64,000 bases of DNA. It comes from Takakia lepidozioides. Taxonomy: Eukaryota; Plantae; Bryophyta. The position numbers and the translations under genes are program-made. The notes below the pieces were generated by a model. That model was given only the letters and a program-made list of their open reading frames with translations, was not told the origin of the DNA and made no database searches. The stretch is from NCBI GenBank assembly GCA_030704615.1, contig CM060733.1:71734001-71798000 (forward strand). Reading direction: 5' to 3'. Shown here in pieces: positions 25,101 through 39,080 of the stretch (the first letter of the stretch is position 1; every line of letters begins with the position of its first letter).

Positions 25101-26787
25101 AAATTTACCTACACATCATTTTATGCTACATCGACATTTTTTTGTCTCCTCACATGTCATTGTGTGAGAGGGTACAATCTGCTGCGAAGGTATCGTTTTT
25201 TTTTCCAGATTGTGGAAGTTGTGGCTATTCCACCACGAGGTGTATAATCTGAAATCTTTTTTCATTAGCAGGGAAGCATACTTGGATTTACAAATTTCAT
25301 GCCACTACGTGGTTCTGCTTATCAAATTGTTCAAGGATAAGTTTAATCATGTGCAAGTTCATTTGAGCCTTGTTGGTTCAGATGTGTGTGAAATATTCTT
25401 CAGCAAAGTGGGAGGTATGTTACGGAATGAGAGGACATATGACGGGTGTGATTTGATTGAGAATGCGGGAGCATTAACACGCATATCCGAGTTTGAGGTG
25501 AATCCAAAAGGGCCCAAGTTCTCAAGAGCTCATGTGCGGAGAGTACTGGATATGACATGCATGGCGACTCTGTGGTCAGGGAGGTGACACGTGGGCAGCG
25601 AAGACAGGGGGAGCGGCGGGGGGACCAGACAGTGGGGGAGCAAAAACTCGGGAGGGATTGGATGTTTGGGGGTTTGCAAGTGACGGATTCAAGGAGGGAG
25701 ACAACTCATGAGAGGAAAGGGACCAAAACTGCCGGGGCAGGGAAAAAACAAGAACACATTTGGTTTTCTTTGGAGAAGAAGTCAGGTATCCCCCTTGCTG
25801 ATTTGTCCGACTTTTCTACTGTCCAATCGGATGATTGCATTGCGCTTTGAAAACTGGATTTCTAGAAGGACAACTTTTATGCCATAAACTTGGGATGAAA
25901 CCAAACAAAGCGACAAACTTGGATTGGTGGAATGAGCCATGGACAATTGAGAGACAAATGGAAGCTGAGCTATTCAAAAGCATGGAAGAGGAAGGTGATG
26001 ATGTCGATGCCATAGATTCTATTTGTCCTCTTACTGCAGACACACATATTCAAAATGAGGTCGTGGAGGATGAATTGGTGTGCGGGCCTTCGAATTCAAT
26101 GGAGGATGTTTTGAGCCAACCCTTGGATAATCATGCGGAAGAGGTACTTGTTCAAAGTGAATTGAGACATACTCTGGATGCTGTTATTGATGAGTTTGAA
26201 CAAGAGAAAGATGGTTCGAAGGCGGTGGTTCCATTTGTCGAAGTAGATGAGAAGACCATATTCAAGAGCACTTTGGTTAGCTAACTCAATGGCAACCCTA
26301 CTCTATCCAAGGATATATTGACACGAGTAAGAAGTGCATCGATGTTGTTTTGCCGAGAAAACAAACCAGCAACAAAGCCACGAGCTTGGGATTGGGTTCG
26401 GATTGTGCTGTATTTTTTGTTGATGAGGAGAGTGCGATCCAAACTACAAACAGGAAAGGCAGACCAGGGAAAACCTGCAGAGGAGCAACCAAAGGCACTT
26501 GGTATTTAGGCAGGGTTCAAAGAATGCGGAGGAAAATCAATAAGTGGTTTGTAGAGTGTAGGGATTCTGTTGATTTATTGGAGCGTCCTTCTCATATGGA
26601 GATTGGATTAGCATGGTATCAAAAAGTTCGAGGAGGGGTCTATACGTACGATTTGACGAATAACATGATGGTTGATTTGGATTCCATTATCGCATTAGCA
26701 TGTTTAAAGTACAATGTCAAGTCAAACACATATGTACTTGATGCAAATGACCGAAAAGTCTTTGACAACTTTATCAAAGACAAATAA
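22200..26787 (+). mobile_element. Decayed large DDE transposase, P-element/THAP9-superfamily-like
   Basis: Ordered motifs VAEDET, GHASDGDSRRR, DQDFIHNGKKLVN (D-x2-H), DRQN*AAAQRL, GSDVCEIFFSKVGG; N-terminal CxxC..H finger-like motifs and AT-hook KRGRPPK; several stops and frameshifts; no TIR pair found. Confidence 0.65.
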
Positions 26788-27099
26788 TTTTTTTAATTAA
26801 TTTATTAGATTTTATTATGTTTTAAATGAATAAATTCGATATAATATAAAACATACATATACATATTGGAGGGTATTTTTTAATGATGGAAAATGGGAAT
26901 ATACATACAGAAGGAGGTACTTTTTTAAAATTGTAAATTTTTGTATATTTACAGGAGCGGGTTTTATAATCTTCAAAAAGTATCTACAAAGGGGGTATAA
27001 ATTATCCAAGGACCCGTATACAGGGGTTTTTTTTATTAGGCGGCGAACGCACGTGATACGCACAGTTTATAAAGAGTGCACCCCCAGGTATCCTACCCA

Positions 27100-27790
27100 C
27101 ATAGAAACATAGTCGCACCATCCTGCTATTTAAGAAAGGCGATCCCACTGACCTCGGTAACTACAGACCCATAGCCCTAGCTAACACTATCTATAAATTG
27201 CTTACCAGCACACTAACCACGCTGCTATCCAATTACGGAGAACAACACCATATTCTGAGTGACCCCCAAGAGGGCTTTCAAGCCACGCGTAGCATAACCC
27301 GCCAAATACAATACGTCCTCTCAGCCCTCGAAGATGCCAAGCTCACTAAACAAGATATTTATCTCTTGTATATAGACTTTGAAAATGTCTTTGGATCCTT
27401 AGACCATGCCAAACTGCAATCATGACGGACCTCGGTTACCCCATCAATGCCATCCAGCTCATTGGTAACATCTATACCAACAACACTACGAAATATTCCG
27501 GCTCATACTATGGTACTACCCCTCTTATTCCTATCCTACGTGGTACCATACAGGGTGACTCCCTTCAGTCCATACCTATTTATTATCTTTTTAGAACCTC
27601 TACTAAGATGGTTAGCACGCGGAAACCTCGGCTATCACTATAAAACCTCCCCTAGCAAAATCTTTGCTGATGCATACGCTGACGACCTAGCTATCCTAGC
27701 TCCCAAACCCCAACACCTCAACTGACAAGTCAGCAAGTTATCCCGCTTTAACCTATGACACGTACACTACTCATTCTACGACAAATGCGT
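27100..27790 (+). mobile_element. Non-LTR reverse transcriptase fragment, Dualen/RandI-like
   Basis: LLFKKGDPTDLGNYRPIALANTIYKL, QEGF, YIDFENVFGSLDH, RGTIQGD, SPYLFIIFLEPLLRWL, AYADDLAIL. Confidence 0.85.
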
Positions 27791-30107
27791 ATCAGCATAC
27801 AAACCGACCTACCTAGCTATCCTAATATGATATCACAGCTAGAACACGCTCGGGGGTTGCAAAGATCCATGAGCGGTGAGCGCATGAGCATGAGCAGAGG
27901 TTCCCTACCCTCGCCCAAACCCACACCGAACCACCGCAAAGGTGGAGGTCGGCAACCAAAACTGACGACTTCATGAACTTGGTAACAATCCACGGAAATA
28001 GAAGGTGGACCGTGGCCTGCAGGTGAGGTGTTGTAGTCGCCACAGACTATAGCACCACTTTCATAATTGGGAGGTCCGTAGGGCAATTTTGGGTGTTATG
28101 GTCGCCACCGACTATATCATCCCTACTCAAAGCTGGACCTGTAAAAAATTGGCAACTAACCCAGGTAGGACACCAAAAGCTCTCATCCACTACCTGTTCA
28201 AAAGCTTCACATGTACAATAACACTAGGGTACACAGGCTGCCTGACCTGTGTCAGGCCGCCGTCTTTATACAAAAAAACCCTAGCCCTTGCTGCATGCCG
28301 CGTGGTGAGGCGCAATAGGCCAAGCCCGCGGCGCTTGTTTGCAGCCATAGATCAAATGGATGGCTAGGATGTGGCCACCATCTTTAAGTAACCCCTAACT
28401 AACCCATGATTGTAACAGTTTAATGGTACTTAAGCCAAAAATTTATACGGATGAATGAGTATTGCCGCACGGATGAAATAGGCAAATTAAGGATGAGGAG
28501 AGCCTTCACAACTCTTTCCACTAAAGTTTATGTTAGGAGGTACTGCCAAAAGGCTCAAAATCATTTCCAACAGATGTTTCCCTGCAAAAGCCAAATGGCC
28601 ATCCACTTGCATGGGTGTGCACATGTATCTTCTCCTTCCCAGTAGGCAGTCACGGTCTTCTCTACCAGCCATGGATGTTGTAGGTGAAGTTCCACATGAA
28701 GATGACCATCCTCACTGTTTCAAGTGTAGAGGGATGAAGTTGGAGCCCTTAACTTCGTCTTCCCTCTTATCAACATGACTAGCTGATCTTAGAGATCTGA
28801 ACTATGTCGAAGCATTAGTTTTGGGTAGGAATTGAAAGACAGCTGAAATGCAACTTTATAATGGTAAGGCAATTGCAAGCAACAGACTCATCTTATCCTA
28901 TTTATATATTCACTCAAATGTCTTTCTCTACCACGATGAATGTTTCTCAAAGGTCTCAATAGGGTGCCCAGGTTTTTCTTGAAACACATGTCATTTTCCC
29001 TCCTTCCTAACCTTGCTGGTGCCATAAGGTATACGAGAGAGTAGTCACTACTCATAACCTCTGCATAGGGAGCTAAATAAACTGACAATTTCAACTTGCA
29101 ACTCCACAAAATGGTCAAATTATAGTCACTGCTCATATCGTGGTATGGACGGCCAATGGGACTCCATAGAATTTCATGCAAGCAACTTTGTCACAAAACC
29201 ATGGCTTTCTAAGACCCATCCCTCTCATGCTGCAGAAGCACCATCTTATAGGTAACAATTGCACATTGTTCCTGCATTTTATTCACAATAGTCGTCACTA
29301 GTAGTGCAGAACAATGCGAAGCCCTAGTAAATAAAAGCCGATGGTGATGTAGATACATAGCACAACAAAGATGTGGCCCGGTGGTAAGACATCCTGTATA
29401 CTCATGTGGGTTTGTTGTTCAAAGTCTAGTGTAATTCTCTCTTGGCCGGAGGCTGGCCTTCATGGCCCCGATAGGGAGTTTGTTTTCCCCTCAAGGCCCT
29501 GCTGGTGTTTCCTTAGAAACAAAAAACAAAAAACAAAAAATAAAAACAAATTCAACACCCTGGTTTGTGGACCTCGAAATGGATTGTGGGGCCAATGGGA
29601 CATACATTAAATCCTGCTATGGCACGGCCGACAAACGTGGTTTTCACAACTGTCACATTGTGAGTGTATTACATGGTATACTACACTTAGCTGTGCTCTA
29701 GAGGCAGCTCATGGCATGCTCGGTGCTGCTAATCTGTGAACTTATGCAGCAGTAAATGGCATTTCTTCAGTAAAAAAAAGTCAATTCATGGAGCACTTTG
29801 GCCTGGCAGCCTTGTCTCATGCAGCACTGCATGTGAATCCTACCACATGTAGCCCCATTTCGACGCTTACATAGTCTTCAAAGGATGGGACCTTTTGAAT
29901 TGTGGACCTTACTTATCAATTAAGCTTTAGGGCCGGAATCTGCTTTTTAAGTCCATTGACACAACGTACAACAAAAAGACAAATATATGGACATCCAAAG
30001 GCTGCACAGCTTGCTCAACTCCAAGGAAACCTCAGAGGTGTGGGGTATGAGGGAGGGCATTCATAGTTTACACAGAATAGAGGCTCATGTGAAGAGAGCA
30101 ACTACAT

Positions 30108-33100
30108 CTAGTCACGGCCAGGTGGGCTATGAAGAGCATTACTGCTCTCGAGATTGCCTGCATAAGTCCAAGTCTTGATTGCCTCTAACGGGAATTTCAC
30201 CAGCCCTTCAGGGTCCAATCTAGTCTCCCCCTCTGGTGCTTCACCATGCATATACTCTGACAAGGCTTTTCCCAAAGAGGACCCAAGTATAAGTGTCCCT
30301 TTAGTGCTATCACGGGGTGAGTTAGGTGTGTGGTTTGGACTCGGCGTGGGGGACGTCCTGGGAGATACAGAGGCAGTGGCATATGACGTACTAACTGCAG
30401 TCAAATGCATGGTGAAGGGACTCTTCGACCTTTTGAGGGTTGAACTCAAGCCATGCCTTGCTACACCTTGCTCTCTGACAGGCACAACAGGTGAAGCTAG
30501 GAATCGACTTACTAAGTTATCTGCGTACAGCACATCATCAATTCGTGCTATGATGTTGAAGGCCAAACTTTCCAACACACGTGAGTAGCTCTCCAATATT
30601 GATTGACCTACATCCTGCAGCCAGTCCAACAATCCTTGATGAGTGATAGCACGTAGTTGCGGATACAATGACCAAGCTAACTAGTTCACCAAACCCAAAA
30701 CTCTTATTTCTCTATATATACTGCATCGCGAGTTTTACTTTGCAGAGATCAGTACAGGGACAGTGCATGTACGTTTTCTTACCGCTCACAGCCTTTCTCA
30801 ATCGACAGCAGATCCTTGTGTTTACGTGAGCACAGTCCGGCATAAGTTGGATTCTACTGAAAGCAACTTTTGAGAAACCGAGATTAGACATGCAGGAAGC
30901 ACTTCCACTGATCTTCAGATCTTGTCTACACTTCTCAACTTCCGAAAATAAAAAAATTGGTGCACAAACGGCCCTTTCAGTATCCCATAAGAATGCTCGT
31001 GAACCATGCATGTCAACTCACTCAACTATATGGATAGGATTGTAATGGGAAAGTAAAGTTATCTCCTCTTAGTATACCAAAGGGAGACTCACACAGGCAT
31101 CTGTGGTTAGTGGGTACGACAACAATAGTCCTCAACTTCCAGTGTTAAAGATGTGACATGTACAGACTTTCCTTCAGAGTCAGAATACAATTGAGGAAGG
31201 ACATCGAGATATACATACACGGTTGTACTGGATCTTGTGCGTGTCCAAAGCAGTCTGTGCCAACCCTGGAAACCGTTGTTTCAAACAAAGCAGTAGACTC
31301 TCAGCTTTATCAGCAAGCACCTCCTTCCTTTCCACCTCTCCTACCAGGTCTTTCATCATTCCCCATGATGACTTTGCGGTGAATCTGCTGTCTTCTGGCA
31401 ATGACTGCATCTGTTTCGTATGAATTTTACGGTGCCAGACAAGTATTGCCGTCTCTAATCTATTAGCTAATTCTACTGCCGAGCGTTCATTTGATGTGTC
31501 TAATGTGGACAGCAGCCCCTCAGCTGAGAAGTTCTCAGACACTAGACCGCGGTACAGGGCCTCCCCGAGGCTTGATTTCCCATTCTGCACAATCCATTAC
31601 ATATATAGCATTAACCACAGTTCTTACACGGAGCAGGAAACCAACATATGAGGCAAAAGGGGAGCAAACAAAAAGCACCTTGGGGAGAGAGTCCCAGTAG
31701 ATTTCAGGAACCTCCATCTCAGACAAAACCTGGCCATTGATAGCCATGGCTGCTTTGAGAATTTGACTCGTGCACTCCCTCTGATACCGTAACCGTTTTC
31801 TTGACTCGTCAGACAGACCATTGACAGGTACCTTTGGAGTTGGCAACCACCACTTCTCCTCTTGGCGTTGAAGAGAGTGCCTTAGACCTCCTCGGTTATC
31901 ATTTTCAGTCAACGCAATTCCACGATCTACATACCAGAACTCAGTGTCACTGAAGTGGTCCAATGAGTCCTGTCACAACCAAAGAGCAAAGAACAGGCAG
32001 GCCAAGTTACATACTTAGGCCCAAGCTATTAAACCCCATACCATCTGTAAATAAGGACTTTGGTTAGCCAGGGGGTGCCTCCTGAGTATAGTGGGAGTAA
32101 AGAAACAAGAAGTTGTTTTTCCAACGAGGAAGGAATCACACTAGTAACATTAACCTTGCAACTTAGACCTTCCTGCCAGATGCAACACAACAGTCGTGTC
32201 CAAAACAATCCCAATCAAAATCATGTATTGCATCTTCAAAAGTCACGTAAGTGATATTTACACCTCCAGCTAACCTCCTTAAATTGCTGAAGGCACACTA
32301 GGTGACATTCCAACATTGGAGACATCTTTCCAACTTACCCGACCCGTGCAAGAAGGAAAAAATACGTGTATACGAGGTGGGCATAAGTGGTTACATACAA
32401 GTAACATGGTGTCCAGCTTGCGCAATGCTGGCAAATTTATATGGAGATCTGAGCGGGGCTTGCTCACCATCACCTACATCCAGTATTATGCAATCCAGTG
32501 TGTTAATAGCAAACTTATGAGAGAGGTGATAAGCATAACATGCCATGCTACTCTCTACAGACAGGATCAGACAAAGGCCATGTACATAAATGCCTTGCAC
32601 ATCACCTGGTCACTTCACAAATTCCTGCTAACATTCCTTTAAGAAGTGTCCAAAACAAATTGTACATATTTTAAAGTATAAAAGCATCACTGCAACAGGG
32701 TCCCAAGGAAAGACATAGAGAACTGCAATACATGATTTTCATGATAATGACTTGACTTGCAGAGAATTAGGTAGCCCAAATCGAAGCCAGAAAAAGTCAT
32801 CAACCCAAAATCTTTACCTCCAAGGTACTACCATCTGGATAAGTTTGCCAAGAAGGGACCAGCTCCACAATGTGATCACTGACCGAGAGAAGCCACTCCA
32901 TATCCCTCCGCCACATTTTACTTCTCTCTGGAGCAAGCGGTTCTAGTCTCCACAGCTCTCCAAAAACTGAAGCTGGTCCCTCAGCCATGATATGTCAGCA
33001 CTCAAAAGGGCCTTACTTGTACCCTAGGAGCTTTGCCTTCCATAAACATGCATGAGAAATAAAGTGTTGACCTGGACTATTGAGAGTGGATATGTTTAGC

Positions 33101-34383
33101 ATGAAGCGTTGCATAGGGTCCATGAAAGTGATATGCTCACTGTAGTCTTTCAACACCCCCTTACACTATAGTATCCAAAACTTCCACCATTTTGTATGCG
33201 AGGAGTCAGATTCTAGTCAACCACCACTGACCAAACATAATGAAATAGGACACTGCTAAATCCGCCAGACCTGGAGACTAGTTCGCCAACAGCAGATTTA
33301 AAGCCAAAGTGCTACATGTCAAGTTACGCTTCTCTACAGTGGCAAAACTTATTACAAAGTCAAGGAATGGCTTACTACTGACTGAGTAAAGCCATCCAAC
33401 CAACACAGACAAGTCCTTGATCCACATGAAAATCACAAACTGACGCACATGAGAAATGCAACTCTTTCTGAACAAATCTACACAGGAAATCCCATTACCT
33501 GAAAGATTAGTGATGGCATTGGAAATGGCTAGGGCTGTGCAGACCCCCTTAGCACCACCCGACATGTCCTCTCCAAGTAGCAGCTTTGCAAATCTCTCTT
33601 TCATCATCTCCACCTCTGCAGCATAACAAATCCAAGAACAAGCATATGACATGACAAGCCAATCTCCACAACTATTGCCCCACAAAAAAGATATATGGCA
33701 AGTTGAAGGACCATAAAGCTGCAGCTACTTTGCAGAGACAATCGGCCATAATTTACACCCTAACCTAGGGTCACAAGTATTTGACAGCATCACATTCACA
33801 ATGATAAATTTCTGGAAATACCTACCACCACACCTACCACCACCTTATCAATCGAATTCAACTGGCTAAAATGCTTGGTTTCTTAGCTTGAGATTTCAAC
33901 CAAGTTACGCTTCCTTCAAAAAACCACAGCTTGAAGTCATGCCAAATCTTGGTCTAGGTGACATCCAGCCCATAACAGTACACACAGGAAGCCAACAAAG
34001 ACATTTCAACCTCTTAACTCGGCAGTAATCTAAGATGAGTGAAATGCACAGATAGAAACACCTGAAAGTTCGGTTTCCCTTTTCTCTCTCTTTTCTTCCC
34101 ACATGAACGCATCCCTCCCACTGTTCAGTTTTGATGGCGAAGACTCTGCATTTGCCCTATCCCTTCTGCCCAGGGGCCACCCAAGAGGTGAGCAGCCATC
34201 TACCTCTCCCTGTGTTTGACTGAAACCTAGATCTCCCTCACGTGACAGCTCTGGGCCTAAACCATCCATACTGAGGATTGTGCTTCTCCCGTTCATGCTT
34301 TGTTGCGTAGACTTATCATCAAAAACAGCATCCATTGTGACTTTCTCTGACAAATTCATGGAAGAAGCATGCAATCCTTTCAT
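30108..34383 (-). CDS. ROPGEF: Rop guanine nucleotide exchange factor (PRONE domain); exons 34383-34062, 33615-33499, 32972-32818, 32473-32399, 31969-31679, 31584-31219, 30614-30108
   Basis: [101 protein letters not shown]-terminal SPPGRD; all introns GT-AG with consistent phase. An acceptor-like CAG just before the ATG suggests a further upstream exon. Confidence 0.95.
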
Positions 34384-36268
34384 TCTGGCAGAAGTCTTGA
34401 TTCACCAAATCATGTGCAAATTCATGCGCACACTTCATACGAATGTTGCCAGAAAACTAGATAGGAGTGGTGGGACGATGGCAAAATGCAGGCGACTTTT
34501 CACGACCCTTCATCCGCCCCAACGTGGCCATGCAAGGTTCTGAAGAGAAGCGTCGACGAAGAGCCAAATATGGGAGGAGCCCGGCAAATCAGACCACGGC
34601 ATCCACATCTTGAGAGCCTCCTTCATCCATGCTTCAGCCCTAACTGCTTCTCCATTTGACTTGCTGCTCTTCCATTGTCTTCTTCAGTCTCAGCTCAGTG
34701 TTGCGCTGTTTATTACAATCCCAATGACCAGCCAAACGCATATGCTGAGCTGCTCAACGGCAAATACGCCCATACCTAACAAAATTTCTCCTACACGAGA
34801 CAGGAGTCACGATCCTTGCGATGCTCCGGCCTATAATCCTGACAATAAAAGGTGACTCTGGCTACATACCCTACGGTCAAAGGGCCCGATGGTTCCCTAC
34901 GCGGGATGATGGGGTGGGCATCCATCTATTATTATCCTTTTATTATTATTACCCCATAATTATTGTTCTACGTGCTGCTACGTAGAGCTAGAGTGACAGC
35001 TGGCCGGCCACCTCGTAGGCTAAGGGCTGCTCATATTCCTCGTAAACGACCCGGCCAAGATTTCCTAGTTAGAGAGGACGGCACCTTACTCCGCGTAAGG
35101 TTTCTGCTCTCAAGGAGAGGAGGCACCTTACGTCGCGTAAGGTTTATGCTCTTGTGAGCAATCCGATCAAGGAAATCGCAGCCATCAAAATGTGAAATCC
35201 TTGTTGTTTCTTTACGTATGTGAGGCCCTCGGAGGGGGGGGTTCCTGAAACTCGGGGCCTAAGCCACTTGGCTACGGCCTCGTGTCGAGCCCCTCATTTC
35301 ATGAAGGCCCCTGTCCCGAGGCCTCACCCTACACATGGGTGCCGCTTGTTCGGCCTTCTAGCATGGTAGAATTGGTCTGCATGGGGAAGCAAGCGACGAT
35401 GTGGATGCGATTCGTGATTGGCTTGCTGAGAACAAGTTACGTGTTGTACGTAAATTGTTGTAGGTAAATTTTCAATCTTGCATACACTTTCAGAGAGAAG
35501 GGCACTTGTCGAGGCCAATCAAATTAAAAAGTGACTTCTATGCGTCCGTGGGACGCCATGCCTTATTTCTGAATTGTACTACATTTATCGGTGGCATAAT
35601 GTATTTGGTTCAATTTGTTCACATGAGAATGGCTCGGCTGGAGTTCGCTCATTTAACACGTTTGACCCTTTGTACCCACTTTATCCTATCATTACTTTTT
35701 GTCGTCTTTGATACAGATATGCTCTAAACAAGAAGCTTTTCCCTTTGACTAGGGTGTTGTGTACCGCGGGTGGAAATTGGGGCAGGGACACTTCGGCTTC
35801 ATCACTAAAAAAAAAGGTGGACGCGTTGCCGAAGCAAGCGTAACTTATGGTGTCACTTGACCCAGAAGGGCTACTGCCTTCCGGTAGGACTTCATCACTA
35901 CTTTAACTTATCTCAGCCTCATATGAAGACGAGGTGTTAAACTTATCCATGCCCGGTACGCTTGTTGAACCTCTCTCTATGAAGACGCCATTCGAGCTTG
36001 TATGAGGTTCTCATATCCTTGTGCAACATAGCTTAACTTAGGGAGAGTAACTCGATGTACAGCATGCAATGCAAAACAAAGACAGAGGCACACGTAGAGG
36101 AGCAGATCATAGAGTGACAAACGTCAAACATACAGAAGGAACAACACATCCACAGAGCAGTAAAGTCACTGGTACATACAAGAATGGACCCCTTTTATTC
36201 TGGTGAGAGTAACCAAGTACCCATAACCTTAGGTTGAGATGAGCCAACACATGGTAGCATCACATAGG

Positions 36269-36862
36269 TGTTGAACGGCTTTTACTCACCCATCCCTTAG
36301 CTATCCATGGTGGATACTCTAGGGAAGAAGAGTTAGAAAACTCTAAGTACTCAGCCGGCTCAGAACAGTCAGTCATGGCCTACATCTAGTGTATCATGGG
36401 GGTGTCTCCCTACACTTGATCCTTCTTGCATTCATGGTTAGTTCACCGAGTCTTTATACTTATGTGATGTGCTTCAGATTACTTATGCAATCTGCCAGCT
36501 CTGGTAACGCATCTATCTAGTCATTCCACAGCTTCTCTCTAGTCTCTCTACAAGTTACAATTATGAAGTATGAATCACGTTTAATAGTACTGTCAGAAGT
36601 TAGGCTGTAGCCTCATTGTCATTCTATCTACACTACAGCTCCATTGCTACAGCTTGCAGGTATCAAGCATTGCTCTGGCATCTCTCTCTCTCTCTCTGCC
36701 CTTCGTCGTGCACCTACCGCCCCCAAGATCGTCCAAGAAGAACAAGAAGAAGCCCCCCTCTCTTGCAGCTACGCTGCCTTAACTACCCGCAAGCTATCCT
36801 AACTGCCTAACTAATTGTCATGACTCTAACCGTCAGTCATGACAGTACTAACTCGTACTGCT
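36269..36862 (-). repeat. LTR family A fragment (3' two-thirds, ending ..GCCGTTCAACA)
   Basis: Highly similar reverse complement of 39285-39786; terminus matches the LTR end at 1812. Confidence 0.85.
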
Positions 36863-39080
36863 TCTTATGCGCCACTGGTTGCCATTGGAAACTCGAACTC
36901 ACTTTGAGTCAGATAAGCCCAATGAGGATCACCACTTTGCCCAGTGTTGGAATGAAGCAGATTTTCTGCTCAAGGAGCTCCTGGCCTTCCAGGTACTTAT
37001 GGGTTTTTATCCACTAAGACTAAAGAAATAGCCAGTATTGTTTTGGTTGTGGCACTTATTATGCTGCATGTTTTGTACTTTGTTATCAATTCGAGCGCCA
37101 GAGGATGCAGCAGAGGTACCTAACTTGTTCCAATGGAACTCACTGGAATTTACCAACAATTCCAGAGCACAGGGGTCAGGATGTGCGCACCATGCTCCAA
37201 CATGATGAACAGCTTAGGCGGTGGTTCACTTATGCTCAGCCAGATTTGAGGAGGATAGTCTGGGATCATAACCACATTTTTACCAAGGGGCATGACGCCA
37301 AAAGATGGCTTGAGAATTCCAGTTCGAGTTGGGTAAGCCATCCTATTACACAGACATGGAACTCAGGGCTTACACTTCACTAACCAGGCAGATTGTACAG
37401 AGAGTCTTAGAAGATCATGTACCAGACATGCTAGGCCATGATGGATTACCAGTCTTACTCCCTGTTGCCTAAGAAAATCCGGAGCCAGAAGGGCCAGCGC
37501 AGGGACAGTGAATATGATACGACTGCTTCTTCCAACAAAGACACATTTGACATGGTGGCACACTACGAGGAGGTCATGGCAGACAAGAAAAAGCAAGGAT
37601 CTCCCATCCCAAATAAACTTCCACCATATGTCAGACCACCACAACGATCTGTTCCAGTGAGCAGCCAAGCAAAACAGTCTGCTCCAGTCAACAGACAGAC
37701 CTCTCCACCAACTAAAGACAAGGCTAGAGCTTGCACACAAAATCCTTACTAATGGTGGTAAGAATTTGTTTCAATCTTTTATAATTTCCATTAAAAACTA
37801 GCAACTTCATCAATTTCTCATATTAGTACTTGATCTTTTGAGAACGTTTATCTTCACAATTTGTCGTGGAAATTGTATAAACTACAACAAGCTACTCATG
37901 TGTTTTGCTTACAAATAAACTTCGATTCAAACACGATATAAGTGGCTGGATGCCCCTTGAAGATACGGACTGCGATCTCAATGTGAATTAGCTAGAAAAA
38001 CTAGACAAATTACCATGGACAAGTTCTTGAGGATGTGGGCATCCTCCTCAGCTGTATCCATGACGGGGATAGGGTGGGGAGGGGGATAGAGCAAGGCCAC
38101 CCTAACAAGAGAACAACACCTAAGAGACTTAAAGTAGATTGTCACCAAGAGGACAAAACGACACTGGTAGATCTCAAAGGGTAGCAAAACCTCGACACCA
38201 AAATATCTGAAAAGGTTCGTGATCCGGGTAAGTAAATAAGCTAAAATTTTCACATTTACAGTATTTTGGCTTCCTTTTTAGTATCAGAGCTAGTCGATCT
38301 CAAGGCCAAGGTATGTAAACAAGGCCGAGTACTGAATGGTGGAAAGAAATGCATGAATGGCAGGAAGAGATCATGTACTCATACCAAAACAACCAGCAAT
38401 AGGGGATATACTAATTTGTTTTAGCTAGAGAGCCTCTAATGGACCAAGGATCTACTTTCTCAATCCTGCATGGCAGTTATATGAGGGAGACATTTGCATT
38501 AGAGTGATCCATGCTGGGGGGAGAAGTAGTATCACACTAAGGGTAAGAGAGAATGGGCACTGGACTAATGTAAACACATTAGCAAGAGAGGTGGCATGGG
38601 GGGAAAATGAAGATGCTCAGGAATGGTAGATGGCAGTGGTACAGTGGATAGAACTAGATCCTTGCCTTCTTGATAGTGCCAAGGGTAGATGAGGAATGTG
38701 TTTTGTTGTTCAAAAATAGGGTCCTGAATGTTTTTGTGGTATCTGGTAATTAAGATATTATGATAAGAAGTCATCACCTTCTCCCTCAAGGATTTGGAGC
38801 CGGCACCCTTACCAACATTGCCTCCCATTCATGACGAGGAGATTTATGCACCTCCACGGGGCACAAACCATCGTAGAAGGGTCTGGGGGCAAATTTTGGA
38901 TGATGTGGATGACGTCGATATTTGAGGATCGACTCGGGTGCGCCGTTTACCCTCAAGCTTGCCACCCCAAGGTCGTGATGACTTCATCCCAACCCCTCAC
39001 GTTTCAATGGCTAGGATATGATGCAATTTGGGTAACCTATTGTTACAAGGCTGCCTAGGACTTAGACGAAATAGGGGTTC

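Noticed and set aside
25534-25740. GT..AG intron in the transposase
   Set aside because: Splicing would not restore the frame, and there is no pyrimidine tract.
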